Source: Macrostomum lignano
Taxonomy: Eukaryota
Length of the DNA stretch: 64,000 nucleotides
Direction of reading: 5' to 3'
NCBI GenBank assembly: GCA_002269645.1
Contig: NIVC01000350.1
Location: 248,001-312,000 of the forward strand
Of the stretch, positions 51,096 to 62,661 are shown one piece after another. Positions within the stretch are counted from its first letter, which is position 1, and every line of letters begins with the position of its first letter. The notes beneath the pieces are model-generated. The model saw only the letters and a list, made by a program, of their open reading frames with translations, had not been told where the DNA came from and did no database searches. The position numbers were made by a program, and so were the translations under genes.

Positions 51096-51425
51096 TCAAC
51101 TGTGCTCTTACTTAACAGCATATATTGTTTAAAAGCATTTGCATATCAAATGGCTCTCAAATTAAAATCCATCAACTCGAGAAATAAACTAGATTAGGGA
51201 TGGTAAAGAATAAATTGAGACACGAGTTTTGAACTAAAAGCTGGGTATAATATTACAAGTCGGGGGCTTGCAATGCAGTAACATAAAGAGCCGGAAGGAT
51301 AGAGTGGCTGGTCAGAAAAATCTGTACAATAATGAAGCTTTCTTAAATAAAAACGTCAACGGCCAAAATGGCAATTACCCTGTTTTTGAATGTCAGAAAG
51401 CAGACATCGGTCAGTTAATTCGTGT

Positions 51426-54400
51426 TCAGTCGTGTCCGAATTCGAACTTCGGACTGGCGATGCCGCTGTCGTTCGAGGAGGCCGGATTTGGCGTGGCCGC
51501 GGCGGTTGCGGCGTTGGCGGCACCGCCGGAGGGGGCGTCAGCAGCGGCCGTGGCGGTGGAGGCCCCGCTGTAGTGGAAGAAATACTCCGGATTCGCCACG
51601 GCTCCCGGGCTGCCTGCCGACTGCAGCAGCGGCGGTAGAAGAGGCGGCGGCAGCGGTGGCGGCAGCGGCGGCCGCGTCGGGGTCGTCGCAAGCGGATGCG
51701 TAGCAACCGGCGAGAGCCTCGGCGGCAGAGGCAGCGGATTCTCCCGGCGTGAGCCGGCCGAAAGGCACACGGGCTGCAGGTAGTAGTCCGAGTTGCTGGG
51801 CCCCGGCTGGCAGGGGTCCATGGTGTACTGGTTCTGCGGACTGCTGCTCACCAGCGGGGGCGGCGGGCCAGCCGCTCTTCGCCGGCCACCAGAGGTGACG
51901 CTGAAACTGCGCTGCGGCGGCTTCATCAGCGGAGGCGGCGGCGGAGGCGGCTGCGAAAGCTGCTGCTCGGGTGGCGGTGGCGCTGATGGCAGCAGCTGCC
52001 GGTGCTGATTCTGGTGAACTGACGGATACAGCAGCGGCTGAGGCGACAGGGGCAGCCGCCTGCAGGCTGTCGAGGTGGTCGAGGTGTTCAACGTTGACTG
52101 ATCGACGACAAACACGTCGTTGTCCAAGTCGCTTTCAGCGACTTCGTCTTCCATGGCGACGTAGGCGTCGTCAAGTTCGTCCAAGCTCTGCCTGTTGTTG
52201 TTGCTGTGCCGCGGCGACTTTGGTCCGCCGCCGCCGGAGCCTCCACGACTGTTGCCGCTGACTCTGGAGCTGCTGCAGTGCGACGGATGCCTGACGCCGC
52301 GGTTGTATACGTAGCGCTCAGGCTGGCTGCACATCTTGGTGAAGTTTGCCTCCAACTCGTCGAATGTCGGGCGATGATGCTCGTCCAGCATCCAGCACTT
52401 GATCATCAGCATGTAGACGTCCAGCATGCACACAGCCGGCTGAGGCAGCCGCTCGCCCTTCTCAAGGTACTCAGCCAGGTCCTGCGGCTTCACGTTCGGG
52501 TAGGGCGGCTCGCCGAATGTGAAAATCTCCCAGAGCGTGATTCCATAGGACCAGACGTCTGACTTGTGCGTGAAGCGCCGGCTAATGAGAGACTCGAGCG
52601 CCAGCCACTTGACCGGCAGCTTGCCACCGGAGGCCTGGTACTCCTGGCTGGCGGTATCCAGCGCCTTCGCCAGCCCGAAGTCGGTGATGCGAACGCAACG
52701 CGATGATGAGACGAGGACATTCCGGCAGGCGAGATCGCGATGGATGATGTTGCAGCGCTCCAAGTGGGCCATCCCGCTGGCGATCTGCGCCGCGTAGCGC
52801 AGCATCTGGGCGGCGCCAATCTGACCGGGCTCGCGCCTGGCGCGCAGGAAGTCGCGCAGATTCCCAAGCGGCATGAACTGCGTGACCAGCTGGAGAGGCT
52901 GAGTCATGCAGATGCCAACCAGTCGGACGCAGTGCGGATGGTCCACCGAGGCCATGATGCGGCTCTCCTCCAGCAGCTCGCTCGACAGGCCGTTGTCGCC
53001 GGAATCGGCCAGAATCTTGATGGCTACTGTGGTCTTGCGCCCGTCGCCGTCCGCCGGGGTCCACTCGCCTTTGAAGACGGTGCCGAATGCGCCGGAACCG
53101 ACTTCGGGACCTCGCGCCAGCTCGTTCTCGGATATGGTGGCCAAGTAGCCGCGGTTGAGCATCGGCTCCAGTTCTTCTTTCTCCTCCTCGGGCAGCATTA
53201 CTGAGCGGCGGCGGCGCCAGATGCAGCAGAACGATAGCAGAGCGGCAAGGCTGACCGCGAAGCCAGCGGCTCCGATCAGGACGCCGATCATTGAAGTGGA
53301 CAGGGCGGCAGTGCATATGAGGCCGCGCTTGCTGGCGATCAGGCGGGGCCTGTCCTCGGGACAGGTGTCTGTGCAGAACGAGGTCGAATTTTCCACGTCG
53401 ACTGGCCCGTCTTCAGACTCGGCTAGTACAAGGTACTTTGGCGCAACGCATCGAAGACAGTCGCCTTCGCCGGGACCGGAGCAGGTGCTGCAAGGCGGCG
53501 CGCACGGACGGCAGGTCTGATTTCCGTGATCCGCATAGAACCCGTCTCGGCACGCTGGTTCGGCCCGCGTTTCGCACTCAAACTCGTCCGTCAGCACCGG
53601 TTCGATAGAGTAGTGCCGACAAGCGGTGCATTTGTTGCTAGCGCCCTTGCATGTCATGCAGTGCGGCGCACATTTAGCGCACATTGTCACGGGAAGATCC
53701 ACTGTTCGCTTTACGGCGAGAAAGTCAGAGAAATTGTTGAATTGATTGCTTCCGAAGTCAACTAATGCCGTGTAGAACCCGGCCGGACAGCTGGACGGTC
53801 CGCATTTCAATAGCGGTGTGAAATCAGCTTCCGATTGTTGAGTCACCACGACGTGCTGACAGAACTGGCATCCACCTGGGCCAACTAAAGTCTTGTTGCC
53901 AGTACAGGTTGGCTTTCCATTTCCCAACGAAGTGCAAATCTTCGGGCACGGCTGGCAAGCTCTAGCTGAGACGTCCTCAAACTGAGTCTCTGGATTGCAC
54001 TTGGCGACGCAGACGGAGCCATCGAGAAAAGTTCCATTCAAGCAGGCGGTGCAGTTGCTTGGACCGGGTCCGTCGCACTTGGCGCACGAATGATGGCACC
54101 TGCTGCACATGAGCTCCAGAGTGGTGTTGCCCTGCTTCTCCAATAATTTTGTACTATTCACTAGAAACCATCCGGGACTCGATTCGCACGATTGCAGGCA
54201 AATTCGGCCAGCCTTGACGGAGCGGCAGCGGACGCAGTTGGTTGGGCCGGGGCCCCAGCAGCCAAACCGAGGCTCGCACTGGGGATCGCAGCTGTCCGGC
54301 TTGATGGGACAAATTGATCTCACCCGGATGTTATCCAAGCCTTCCGGACTGCGAAGCCAGTTTGAAGTTGTCGAGGCTCCGAGTTGAATGAGCGATTCAT

Positions 54401-55895
54401 TAACCGCATCTTGCTTTGGTATAAAGCCGGTGCAGAGACTGACACTTGACCCATTGGGAAGAGCTAGGAACATGATGTATTTGTTTATGAAGCGAAGGGA
54501 CGCCAGCCCGAAAAAATGAATTTCTGGGGCAACGATCATAATTCGACCACTTTTCTTCTCACCCGGCCGATCATCAACTCGCTCCAGATGGGACAGAAAC
54601 GTCAGGTTCCTCAGTTGATTGTATCCGAAAAGAAGCAATTGAATTTCCCCGCGGACAACTCTCAACCGACTGAACATTGTGTAAAGCTGTTCGACTGTAA
54701 CCTTCCCTGGTTTGGGTTCATCGCTAAAGCAGTCGGGATTAACAGTGACTGAGCCGTGAAACTCTGTACACAGCATGCTCGCATTTGTTAGTCCTTGCAT
54801 TAGCGGATTGCCTGAATGGCATATGGTGCTGAGCGCGCCCACTTCGATTTCGCACACTCTGGACTCGTCTACCGCCACGCACACTCCATCTGCGTCAGGT
54901 TTTCGCTCCGACATGCACTTTTTAACGCACGAACCATCCTCCGTAAAGTAGGACCCAGGACATTTGGTGACGCACACTGGCCCGTGCGGCAGCATTTTGC
55001 CTTCAACTGGCGACAGGTTCTGCGCCGCGCCAGGGTGATAATAATTTTCTAACTCACACTTTTGCACGCAGGTTCCGTTTCTGTCGAAATTCCTGCAGCC
55101 GAGGCAATGCTGAGCCAGCGGTCCGAAGCAGCCGCCGAGGCACTGCTCATGGCAACAGCGCTCTCCGCCTTGGGAGTCGACGAAGCACCTCTGGTAGGGG
55201 CAGTCGCGAGTGCTGAGATGCCTGCACCGAGTGCGAGGCTGGCAGTGCCGGAGCTCGGGTCCCCAGCAGTGCTGCTGACCGTCTTCAGGCCACTCTGTGC
55301 AGTTGCTGTGGCAGGCGTTGTCCAAGTCTCTGCATTGGCCTATCCTCGACACAACCGGAGCCATCGGATAGGCAAAGAGCTCCGAGAAGCTGACGTGGCG
55401 CTCAATGTAGCAGGAGGAGACGTTGTATAGTATGATTCCGCCACCGATGTGGCGAAGGTTGGGGAAGGCGACGTAAGGCGTCTGCAATGCGCAGTTTGAG
55501 TCGAACTGCAGTAAGAGGCTCGAGTTGCCGCATCCGGTGCCGCGGATCACTTGCAGACTTTCGAATTCCAGCGGCGAAGAAAAGCAAGAGTCGACCAGCT
55601 TCACGCAGCCGGTCACTTCCTTGATGGTGTTCAGGAAGCCAAAGTCTAACACTTCGTCCTGCTCATCGAAGTGTTCCTGTTTTATTCGCGTCAGATGAAT
55701 GTCGCCGATGACAAACTGGCAGCCGGACAGTCGATCGCGCAGGGCCTTGAACTTCCGGACGGAATCCTCGTTGGTCTGTTCCGCTTCTAGCGTGCCGGTG
55801 CACACAACGTATTCGCTGGACGCATTCACGGCCGCTGTGTCAATCGCCGCGCTCAGTGGCAGCAGCAGGCAGAGCGCCATCAGATGCATCAGCAT
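51426..55895 (-). CDS. EGFR: EGFR/ErbB-family receptor tyrosine kinase, 1489 aa, single coding exon
   Basis: Signal peptide; two receptor-L domains (CTGT..LSGCQFVIGD; CTEFHGSV); furin-like Cys-rich repeats (CCHEQCLGGC, CWGPGP); TM segment plus RRRR; kinase motifs GSGAFGTVFKG, VAIK, HRDLACRN, ITDFGLAK, KLPVKWLALES, DVWSYG, DVYMLMIKCW; NPEY in the tail. Confidence 0.97.
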   Translation of the reverse strand: MLMHLMALCLLLPLSAAIDTAAVNASSEYVVCTGTLEAEQTNEDSVRKFKALRDRLSGCQFVIGDIHLTRIKQEHFDEQDEVLDFGFLNTIKEVTGCVKLVDSCFSSPLEFESLQVIRGTGCGNSSLLLQFDSNCALQTPYVAFPNLRHIGGGIILYNVSSCYIERHVSFSELFAYPMAPVVSRIGQCRDLDNACHSNCTEWPEDGQQHCWGPELRHCQPRTRCRHLSTRDCPYQRCFVDSQGGERCCHEQCLGGCFGPLAQHCLGCRNFDRNGTCVQKCELENYYHPGAAQNLSPVEGKMLPHGPVCVTKCPGSYFTEDGSCVKKCMSERKPDADGVCVAVDESRVCEIEVGALSTICHSGNPLMQGLTNASMLCTEFHGSVTVNPDCFSDEPKPGKVTVEQLYTMFSRLRVVRGEIQLLLFGYNQLRNLTFLSHLERVDDRPGEKKSGRIMIVAPEIHFFGLASLRFINKYIMFLALPNGSSVSLCTGFIPKQDAVNESLIQLGASTTSNWLRSPEGLDNIRVRSICPIKPDSCDPQCEPRFGCWGPGPTNCVRCRSVKAGRICLQSCESSPGWFLVNSTKLLEKQGNTTLELMCSRCHHSCAKCDGPGPSNCTACLNGTFLDGSVCVAKCNPETQFEDVSARACQPCPKICTSLGNGKPTCTGNKTLVGPGGCQFCQHVVVTQQSEADFTPLLKCGPSSCPAGFYTALVDFGSNQFNNFSDFLAVKRTVDLPVTMCAKCAPHCMTCKGASNKCTACRHYSIEPVLTDEFECETRAEPACRDGFYADHGNQTCRPCAPPCSTCSGPGEGDCLRCVAPKYLVLAESEDGPVDVENSTSFCTDTCPEDRPRLIASKRGLICTAALSTSMIGVLIGAAGFAVSLAALLSFCCIWRRRRSVMLPEEEKEELEPMLNRGYLATISENELARGPEVGSGAFGTVFKGEWTPADGDGRKTTVAIKILADSGDNGLSSELLEESRIMASVDHPHCVRLVGICMTQPLQLVTQFMPLGNLRDFLRARREPGQIGAAQMLRYAAQIASGMAHLERCNIIHRDLACRNVLVSSSRCVRITDFGLAKALDTASQEYQASGGKLPVKWLALESLISRRFTHKSDVWSYGITLWEIFTFGEPPYPNVKPQDLAEYLEKGERLPQPAVCMLDVYMLMIKCWMLDEHHRPTFDELEANFTKMCSQPERYVYNRGVRHPSHCSSSRVSGNSRGGSGGGGPKSPRHSNNNRQSLDELDDAYVAMEDEVAESDLDNDVFVVDQSTLNTSTTSTACRRLPLSPQPLLYPSVHQNQHRQLLPSAPPPPEQQLSQPPPPPPPLMKPPQRSFSVTSGGRRRAAGPPPPLVSSSPQNQYTMDPCQPGPSNSDYYLQPVCLSAGSRRENPLPLPPRLSPVATHPLATTPTRPPLPPPLPPPLLPPLLQSAGSPGAVANPEYFFHYSGASTATAAADAPSGGAANAATAAATPNPASSNDSGIASPKFEFGHD

Positions 55896-56869
55896 CTCTG
55901 TGAGTCTGACCGGACTGCTTGAAAGTAACCGTTGATGCTAGGATAAAACTCGGCAACTTGTGAAGGAGCTCTGGAATATCTTTGTTGTTGGATCACTTGG
56001 CTGTTCTGCTCCCTCGGGCCCCGGCTCGTGCAGTTGTAGCGTGGCACTGGGGTGGATGGCAGGTTCTTCTGTCTCTCTCTCTCCCCACAGTCCACTCAGT
56101 GCGAGGAGGGGGTGGAGCACAGGCCTCGGAGTCAGAGCTGACGCAGAGTAGTAAAAATGGAAAGACACACCGCGGGCTCCCCCTGGACCTGAGGGTGGGG
56201 AGGCCCGCCCAGCCCAGTGTTGTCAACAGAGCATGCCTCATCTTGGATTGGGCAAGTTGCACAGCGGAACAATGGAAACAAATTACGACCGAACGCGCCC
56301 CCGTCTTTACTACAATTCTTCACTAATATTTACTAGGAAGCTGCTATAACAGTAGGATGCAGCCAGGGCAGAGTTGTGGAGTTCGTTCTATCCATATATT
56401 AAGTAGGAAAGCAAAAGCCTCACGCACGCCGCAAAAAACACACACACACACTTCACGCTTTAGTACCTTCCAATGCATTCGAATATTAACTATGAGGGTA
56501 TATAGATGCAACAAGCTGCAGAGGCGGTCTGTAATGCTCTGCGGCAAGGTTTTTTACCGCCATGGTCTCAGATGAGTCAGTGAGGGGCCTCAATTGTCAT
56601 GTGATGCCTAGCTTGTTTTGTTAGGGTTGGTCGGTGCACGGGGCTTGTGTAGGTAGGACCATTGGGTGCCCACTACTTACTACATTAAAGTTAAGAGGCA
56701 TTGTGTACGACACTTATTTTTTAATATGTTAAGTTTTACATCAAGCTAATAGCTTGAAAGCTTAAGGCGAGACTTTATAAAGCAACACCTGTACGAGTTT
56801 TGGGTAATCTACGAGCGGTAAAGCATCGCTTAAGATTCTCAGATTCTCTGATGGCTGATGTATGTACTG

Positions 56870-57612
56870 AGGTGAGATTCTGAGGTAGCTGAATTATTGG
56901 GGTGAGATTCTGAGGTAGCTGAATTATTGGGGTGAGATTCTGAGGTAGCTGAATTATTGGGGTGAGATTCTGAGGTAGCTGAATTATTGGGGTGAGATTC
57001 TGAGGTAGCTGAATTATTGGGGTGAGATTCTGAGGTAGCTGAATTATTGGGGTGAGATTCCTGCGGTAGCTGATTTATTGGGGTGAGATTCCTGCGGTAG
57101 CTGACTTATTGGGGTGAGATTCCTGCGGTAGCTGACTTATTGGGGTGAGATTCCTGTGGTAGCTGACTTATTGGGGTGAGATTCTGAGGTAGCTGAATTA
57201 TTGGGGTGAGATTCTGAGGTAGCTGAATCATTGGGGTGAGATTCTGAGGTAGCTGAATTATTGGGGTGAGATTCTGAGGTAGCTGAATTATTGGGGTGAG
57301 ATTCTGAGGTAGCTGGCTTATTGGGGTGAGATTCTGAGGTAGCTGAATTATTGGGGTGAGATTCTGAGGTAGCTGAATCATTGGGGTGAGATTCTGAGGT
57401 AGCTGAATCATTGGGGTGAGATTCTGAGGTAGCTGGCTTATTGGGGTGAGATTCTGAGGTAGCTGAATCATTGGGGTGAGATTCTGAGGTAGCTGGCTTA
57501 TTGGGGTGAGATTCTGAGGTAGCTGACTTATTGGGGTGAGATTCTGAGGTAGCTGACTTATTGGGGTGAGATTCTGAGGTAGCTGACTTATTGGGGTGAG
57601 ATTCTGAGGTAG
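56870..57612. repeat. 30-bp minisatellite (GGGGTGAGATTCTGAGGTAGCTGAATTATT), ~24 copies
   Basis: Visible array about 1 kb upstream of the EGFR start. Confidence 0.97.
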
Positions 57613-58034
57613 AACAGGAGTTGTTTAGTGGTATAAAGAAACCGTCATGAATATATTAAATAATTTATAATTTCTTCTCCCTAATAACTCGATGATTCTG
57701 TTTACCTCCTCACACTGTCATTGTAATCAAGCCAGAGCCTGCTCAACCAAGAAACCCGCACAGAATGCACTGCAGGCCACTGCAAAATTCAGGTGCAACG
57801 GTACTCCAAAAAAGTTTACGCTAGGCTATAGAAAAGAAGAGCCGAGTCCAAGCCTGCATTGTTTGAGCTTGGAGTTCAGGCTTAATGAATGACAATATCT
57901 GCATGACACACCGACTATTGCTTAGTCCAATATTGCTCAGTCCAACCCCCTCATTCCGAGTGGATTTTACTGCTAAATTTGATTTACAGCGTAATTTAAT
58001 TTGTGCTTGTTTTTAATCGATTCAATAAAATTAT

Positions 58035-58465
58035 TTCACAACCCCAAAACGTCACAACCTCAAAACGTCACAACCTTAACACTTCACAAACCTAAAACTT
58101 CACAACCGCAAAATTTCACAACCCCAAAACTTCACAACCCCAAAACTTCACAACCCCAAAACTTCACAACCCCAAAACTTCACAACCCCAAAACTTCGCA
58201 ACCCCAAAAATTTTTAAACCCCAAAGCTTCACAACTCCAAAACTTGACAACCCCAAAACTTCACAACTCCAAAACTTCACAACCCCAAAACTTCACAACT
58301 CCAAAACTTCACAACCCCAAAACTTCACAAATTAAAAACTTCACAACCCCAAAACTTCACAACTCCAAAACTTCACAACTTAAAAACTTCACAACCCCAA
58401 AACTTCACAACTCCAAAACTTCACAACTCCAAAATTTCACAACTCCAAAACTACAAACCCCAAAA
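58035..58465. repeat. 16-bp minisatellite (AAAACTTCACAACCCC)
   Basis: Visible array; 16-aa (3-unit) periodicity in the ORF track. Confidence 0.93.
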
Positions 58466-59091
58466 GTTCTCAATCCCAGAACTTCAAAACTCAAAGGCCT
58501 CTTTTTTACTTATGGACCAGCTAGTATTCATATTCATATTTTTACGATATTTTTACGACCTATACTATCAAAATATGTTTTCGAAATAATATCCCTATTA
58601 TCTAGAAGCCTTCGGACAGACTGCAGGCTCCAAGCTAATTAAGTCTCTCGTTTGATGTCTTACCGTAAAAGTTCGGAATACACAATATGCATAGAGCGTA
58701 ATACAGATGTCCCCTACCAATAATATAGTTGCATTAAGAATACGCTCGTAATGAGGACCACTGGCAACAGAGCTTTCCCACTGTCTGCTAGGCAATAAGT
58801 TTATAAGAAGTTCCGCAAAAGATCGGGGAAGCAGATCAGGGATGCCTTGTGGCTCTTGATGCTTTCATTCAGTGCTATAAAATAAATACAGGGCAATTTG
58901 AGCCTTTTCCTAAACAAAGCCAAACGCCACCACAACAGGGGCATGGACTACTGAATAAGAGAATGAAACTGGACTGGACTTGCACCGTTTGTGACAACGA
59001 ACATCTAACACCAGAACGGGAGCTCTCCATATAAGATAGTAAAACAAAAATTTGGCAAAGAATTTTCAGCACTGCAAACATGTGGAGATTT

Positions 59092-59672
59092 TAGCGCCAA
59101 TGTATCAATATGTTTAGCGCCAATTTATGAGTATGTTTAGCGCCAATTTATGAGTATGTTTAGCGCCACTTTATCAGTATGTTTAGCGCCAATTTATCAG
59201 TATGTTTAGCGCCAGTTTATCAGTATGTTTAGCGCCAGTTTATGAGTATGTTTAGCGCCAATTTATCAATATGTTTAGCGCCAATTTATCAATATGTTTA
59301 GCGCCAGTTTATCAGTATGTTTAGCGCCAATTTATCAGTATGTTTAGCGCCAATTTATCAGTATGTTTAGCGCCAGTTTATCAGTATGTTTAGCGCCAAT
59401 TTATCAATATGTTTAGCGCCAATTTATCAGTATGTTTAGCGCCAGTTTATCAGTATGTTTAGCGCCAGTTTATCAGTATGTTTAGCGCCAATTTATCAGT
59501 ATGTTTAGCGCCAATTTATCAGTATGTTTAGCGCCAGTTTATCAGTATGTTTAGCGCCAATTTATCAATATGTTTAGCGCCAATTTATCAATATGTTTAG
59601 CGCCAATTTATCAATATGTTTAGCGCCAATTTATCAATCTTTTTGGCGCCAATTTATCAATATTTTAGCGCC
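59092..59672. repeat. 23-bp minisatellite (GTTTAGCGCCAATTTATCAGTAT), ~25 copies
   Basis: Visible tandem array. Confidence 0.96.
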
Positions 59673-60054
59673 AAACGTGTACCCATCACCATTTTTGTTG
59701 AAAATTTAAAAAAATATACTTTTGGTCGGCCGTTGGGAAGGGGAGGTCAGGAGTCAGGAACCAGAAATGACCCCCTGGACTGTGCCACTAAGTTCTCAAT
59801 CTTGCTGGTTTTCAATTCCAGTCCCAATGGCAATCCGTTGTCTTTCAGAGGTCCATGGCGCTATTGAATTGCTCAGTTACGGCTTCTCTTCAATTCGGAA
59901 AAAACCTCTGTCTGAGTGGGCCAGCATTTGCGAATCCTAGTGCAGGCCCGGTCCTGTCTTTGTCCGCTGCCCCTCTCTGGGAACCGCTTGCGCCCCCACC
60001 CTACAGATTAAACCATGGAGCTCTAAAACTAAACGATCTGGACTTGAGTTGAGT

Positions 60055-60790
60055 GGGTGCCATTTTGTTTGAGTGGGCGCCATCTCATTTAAATAGGCGC
60101 CATTTCATTTCATGGGGCGCCATTTCATTTGAGTAGGCGTAATTTCCTTTGAATAGGCGCCAGCTCATTTAAGTAGACCCAATTTCATTTGAATAGGCGC
60201 CAGTTCATTTAAGTAGACCCCATTTCATTTGAATAGGCGCCATTTCATTTCATGGGGCGCCATTTCATTTGACTAGGCGCCATTTCATCGGAGTAGGCGC
60301 CATTTTACTTGAGTAAGCATTTCATTTGAGTAGGCGCCATTTCATTTGAGTAGGCGCCATTTCATTTGAGTAGGCGCCATTTCATTTGAGTAGGCGCCAT
60401 TTCATTTGAGTAGGCGCCATTTCATTTGAGTAGGCGCCATTTAATTTGAGTAGTTGATTTGTTCATTTGAACTACTTCATTTGAGTGGGCGCTATTTCAT
60501 TTTAGTGGGCGCCATTTCATTTTAGTAGGCGCCATTTCATTTGAGTAGGCGCCATTTCATTTGGGTAGGCGCCATTTCATTTGAGTAGGCGCCATTTCAT
60601 TTGAGTAAGCACCATTTCATTTGAGTAGGCGCCATTTCATTTGGGTAGGCGCTATTTCATCGGAGTAGGCGCCATTTTGTTTGAGTAGGCGCCATTTCAT
60701 TTGAGTTGGCGCCATTTCATTTGAGTTGGCGCCATTTCATTTGAGTAGGTGCCATTTTGTTTGAATGGCGCCCCATTTCATTTCAGTGAG
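60055..60790. repeat. 20-bp minisatellite (GGCGCCATTTCATTTGAGTA)
   Basis: Visible tandem array. Confidence 0.95.
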
Positions 60791-61841
60791 CGCCTACGTC
60801 AGGGGGCGCCACTTTGTTGAGCTGATGAAGGAGGGTGGGGTGTTCAGCTTACAACTCCAATTCCAGATGCTCGATTTAATTCAGAGCTCCATGACGCCAT
60901 TGTCAGCGCTTGGCAGCGGAAAAGGTGGGGCACAATTTAAGGTCAGAATCCGAAGCTGAAGCGGTTTGAACCGAAGTTAATAATCATCGTTTTAGGTTGA
61001 GTTCAATGCGAAAATGTGTGAGCAGAGAGCGGAAACTATCAGCAGTGAGCATGGGGGGGTGACTGGAAATCTTGCCTCAACTCGGTTGCCTCGGGGTTGC
61101 TGGGTGCGAGAGATGAATGAATCAGCTGGACAGAATTGCTCAGCTCACGGGACTCTGTACTAAGTTCTTCTACAAGAGGCAAGACTAATGCAGGTGGAAA
61201 TTATTTTTCTCCTGACATGTTTTCACTGCAAATGACACGATGCGAGCTCCAGCCCACAACTCCCTTACCCAGCCCTCAACTGCACGCGTTGAGTTTAAAC
61301 AAAAAAATCTATTCTCGAGCAACCAAAGCTCCAAGGCAGCTTCTAAGAAGTGTCAACACCGCTAAAAGAGATGATTAAAGCACTGAAAGAGCGTTGAGCT
61401 TGCTTGCTTTTGCCTCTTTTGCGTTTGGAGCTGCTCCACGGTTTGGATTCTGTCTGCCCAGGAAGCACAGGGAGATTTGAAATGTCAATTATCTTGCTCG
61501 GATTCTGTAGTTAATCATGATTTTTAATTAGAATTCGAATTTTGAAAACCTGGGAAGGTTTCAACAAGGAAGTGCGCTCACGCTGCTAGCTGATTTAATT
61601 ATTATTTTCCTGGATTTTTCAAGCTAGTTTTTTCTGTTTGTAATTAGTGTTATCTTTTTCCAAGATGTTTGTTTACTTTAAATTGCTGAGAACTTTAAAT
61701 TTTCACCTTGCAAGTCCCACCTAGGTAGGAGGTTTTTGTCTCAGATATTTTACAAAATGCCATATAGTTCTCAGCATCAATTAAAAATATTAAGAGCTCG
61801 TGGTCTCAACTAAAAGTCTGTTAGTGCCTTATAATTAGATT

Positions 61842-62225
<384 letters not shown>

Positions 62226-62661
62226 CAATTACATATACGTAATTGCTTACTTATAGTAACATAAACCGCCTAGTGCAGTATGCGGTAATTTAGACAAACT
62301 ATATCCTTTTCCACACAAACATGATTGTATAATTGAACGCAAGGGACAAAAAGGTCTAAGTTCGATTTCCAAGTTGCATTAAAGTTAAGACATTACATAA
62401 TTTTTTATGCAGATATTATTTCCCACATTGTCTATGGCAAACAAACTGGTGACAGAAAATATTGAAGCGAATTGCACTTTTAAAATAGACAGAAAGTTGC
62501 TCGCTAACTGGTCTTGGCTATAGACTAAATGACTAGCGTACAGAAAAGTAAAAAATGTTTTTGAGCAAGCTAAAGAGAAAGGCACTGCTGCATGGTTGCT
62601 ATTGAATCTGTTATTCCGCCAAGATAGAGAATTCACTGACAGAAGCGAAGACAGACACAAA

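Noticed and set aside
52206-55935. Many antisense and alternate-frame ORFs over EGFR, TMEM145 and the channel's last exon
   Set aside because: Expected shadows of GC-rich coding sequence.
58849-59034. WTCTVCDN resembling a RanBP2-type zinc finger
   Set aside because: The second Cys pair is missing; short ORF with no ATG or splice support.
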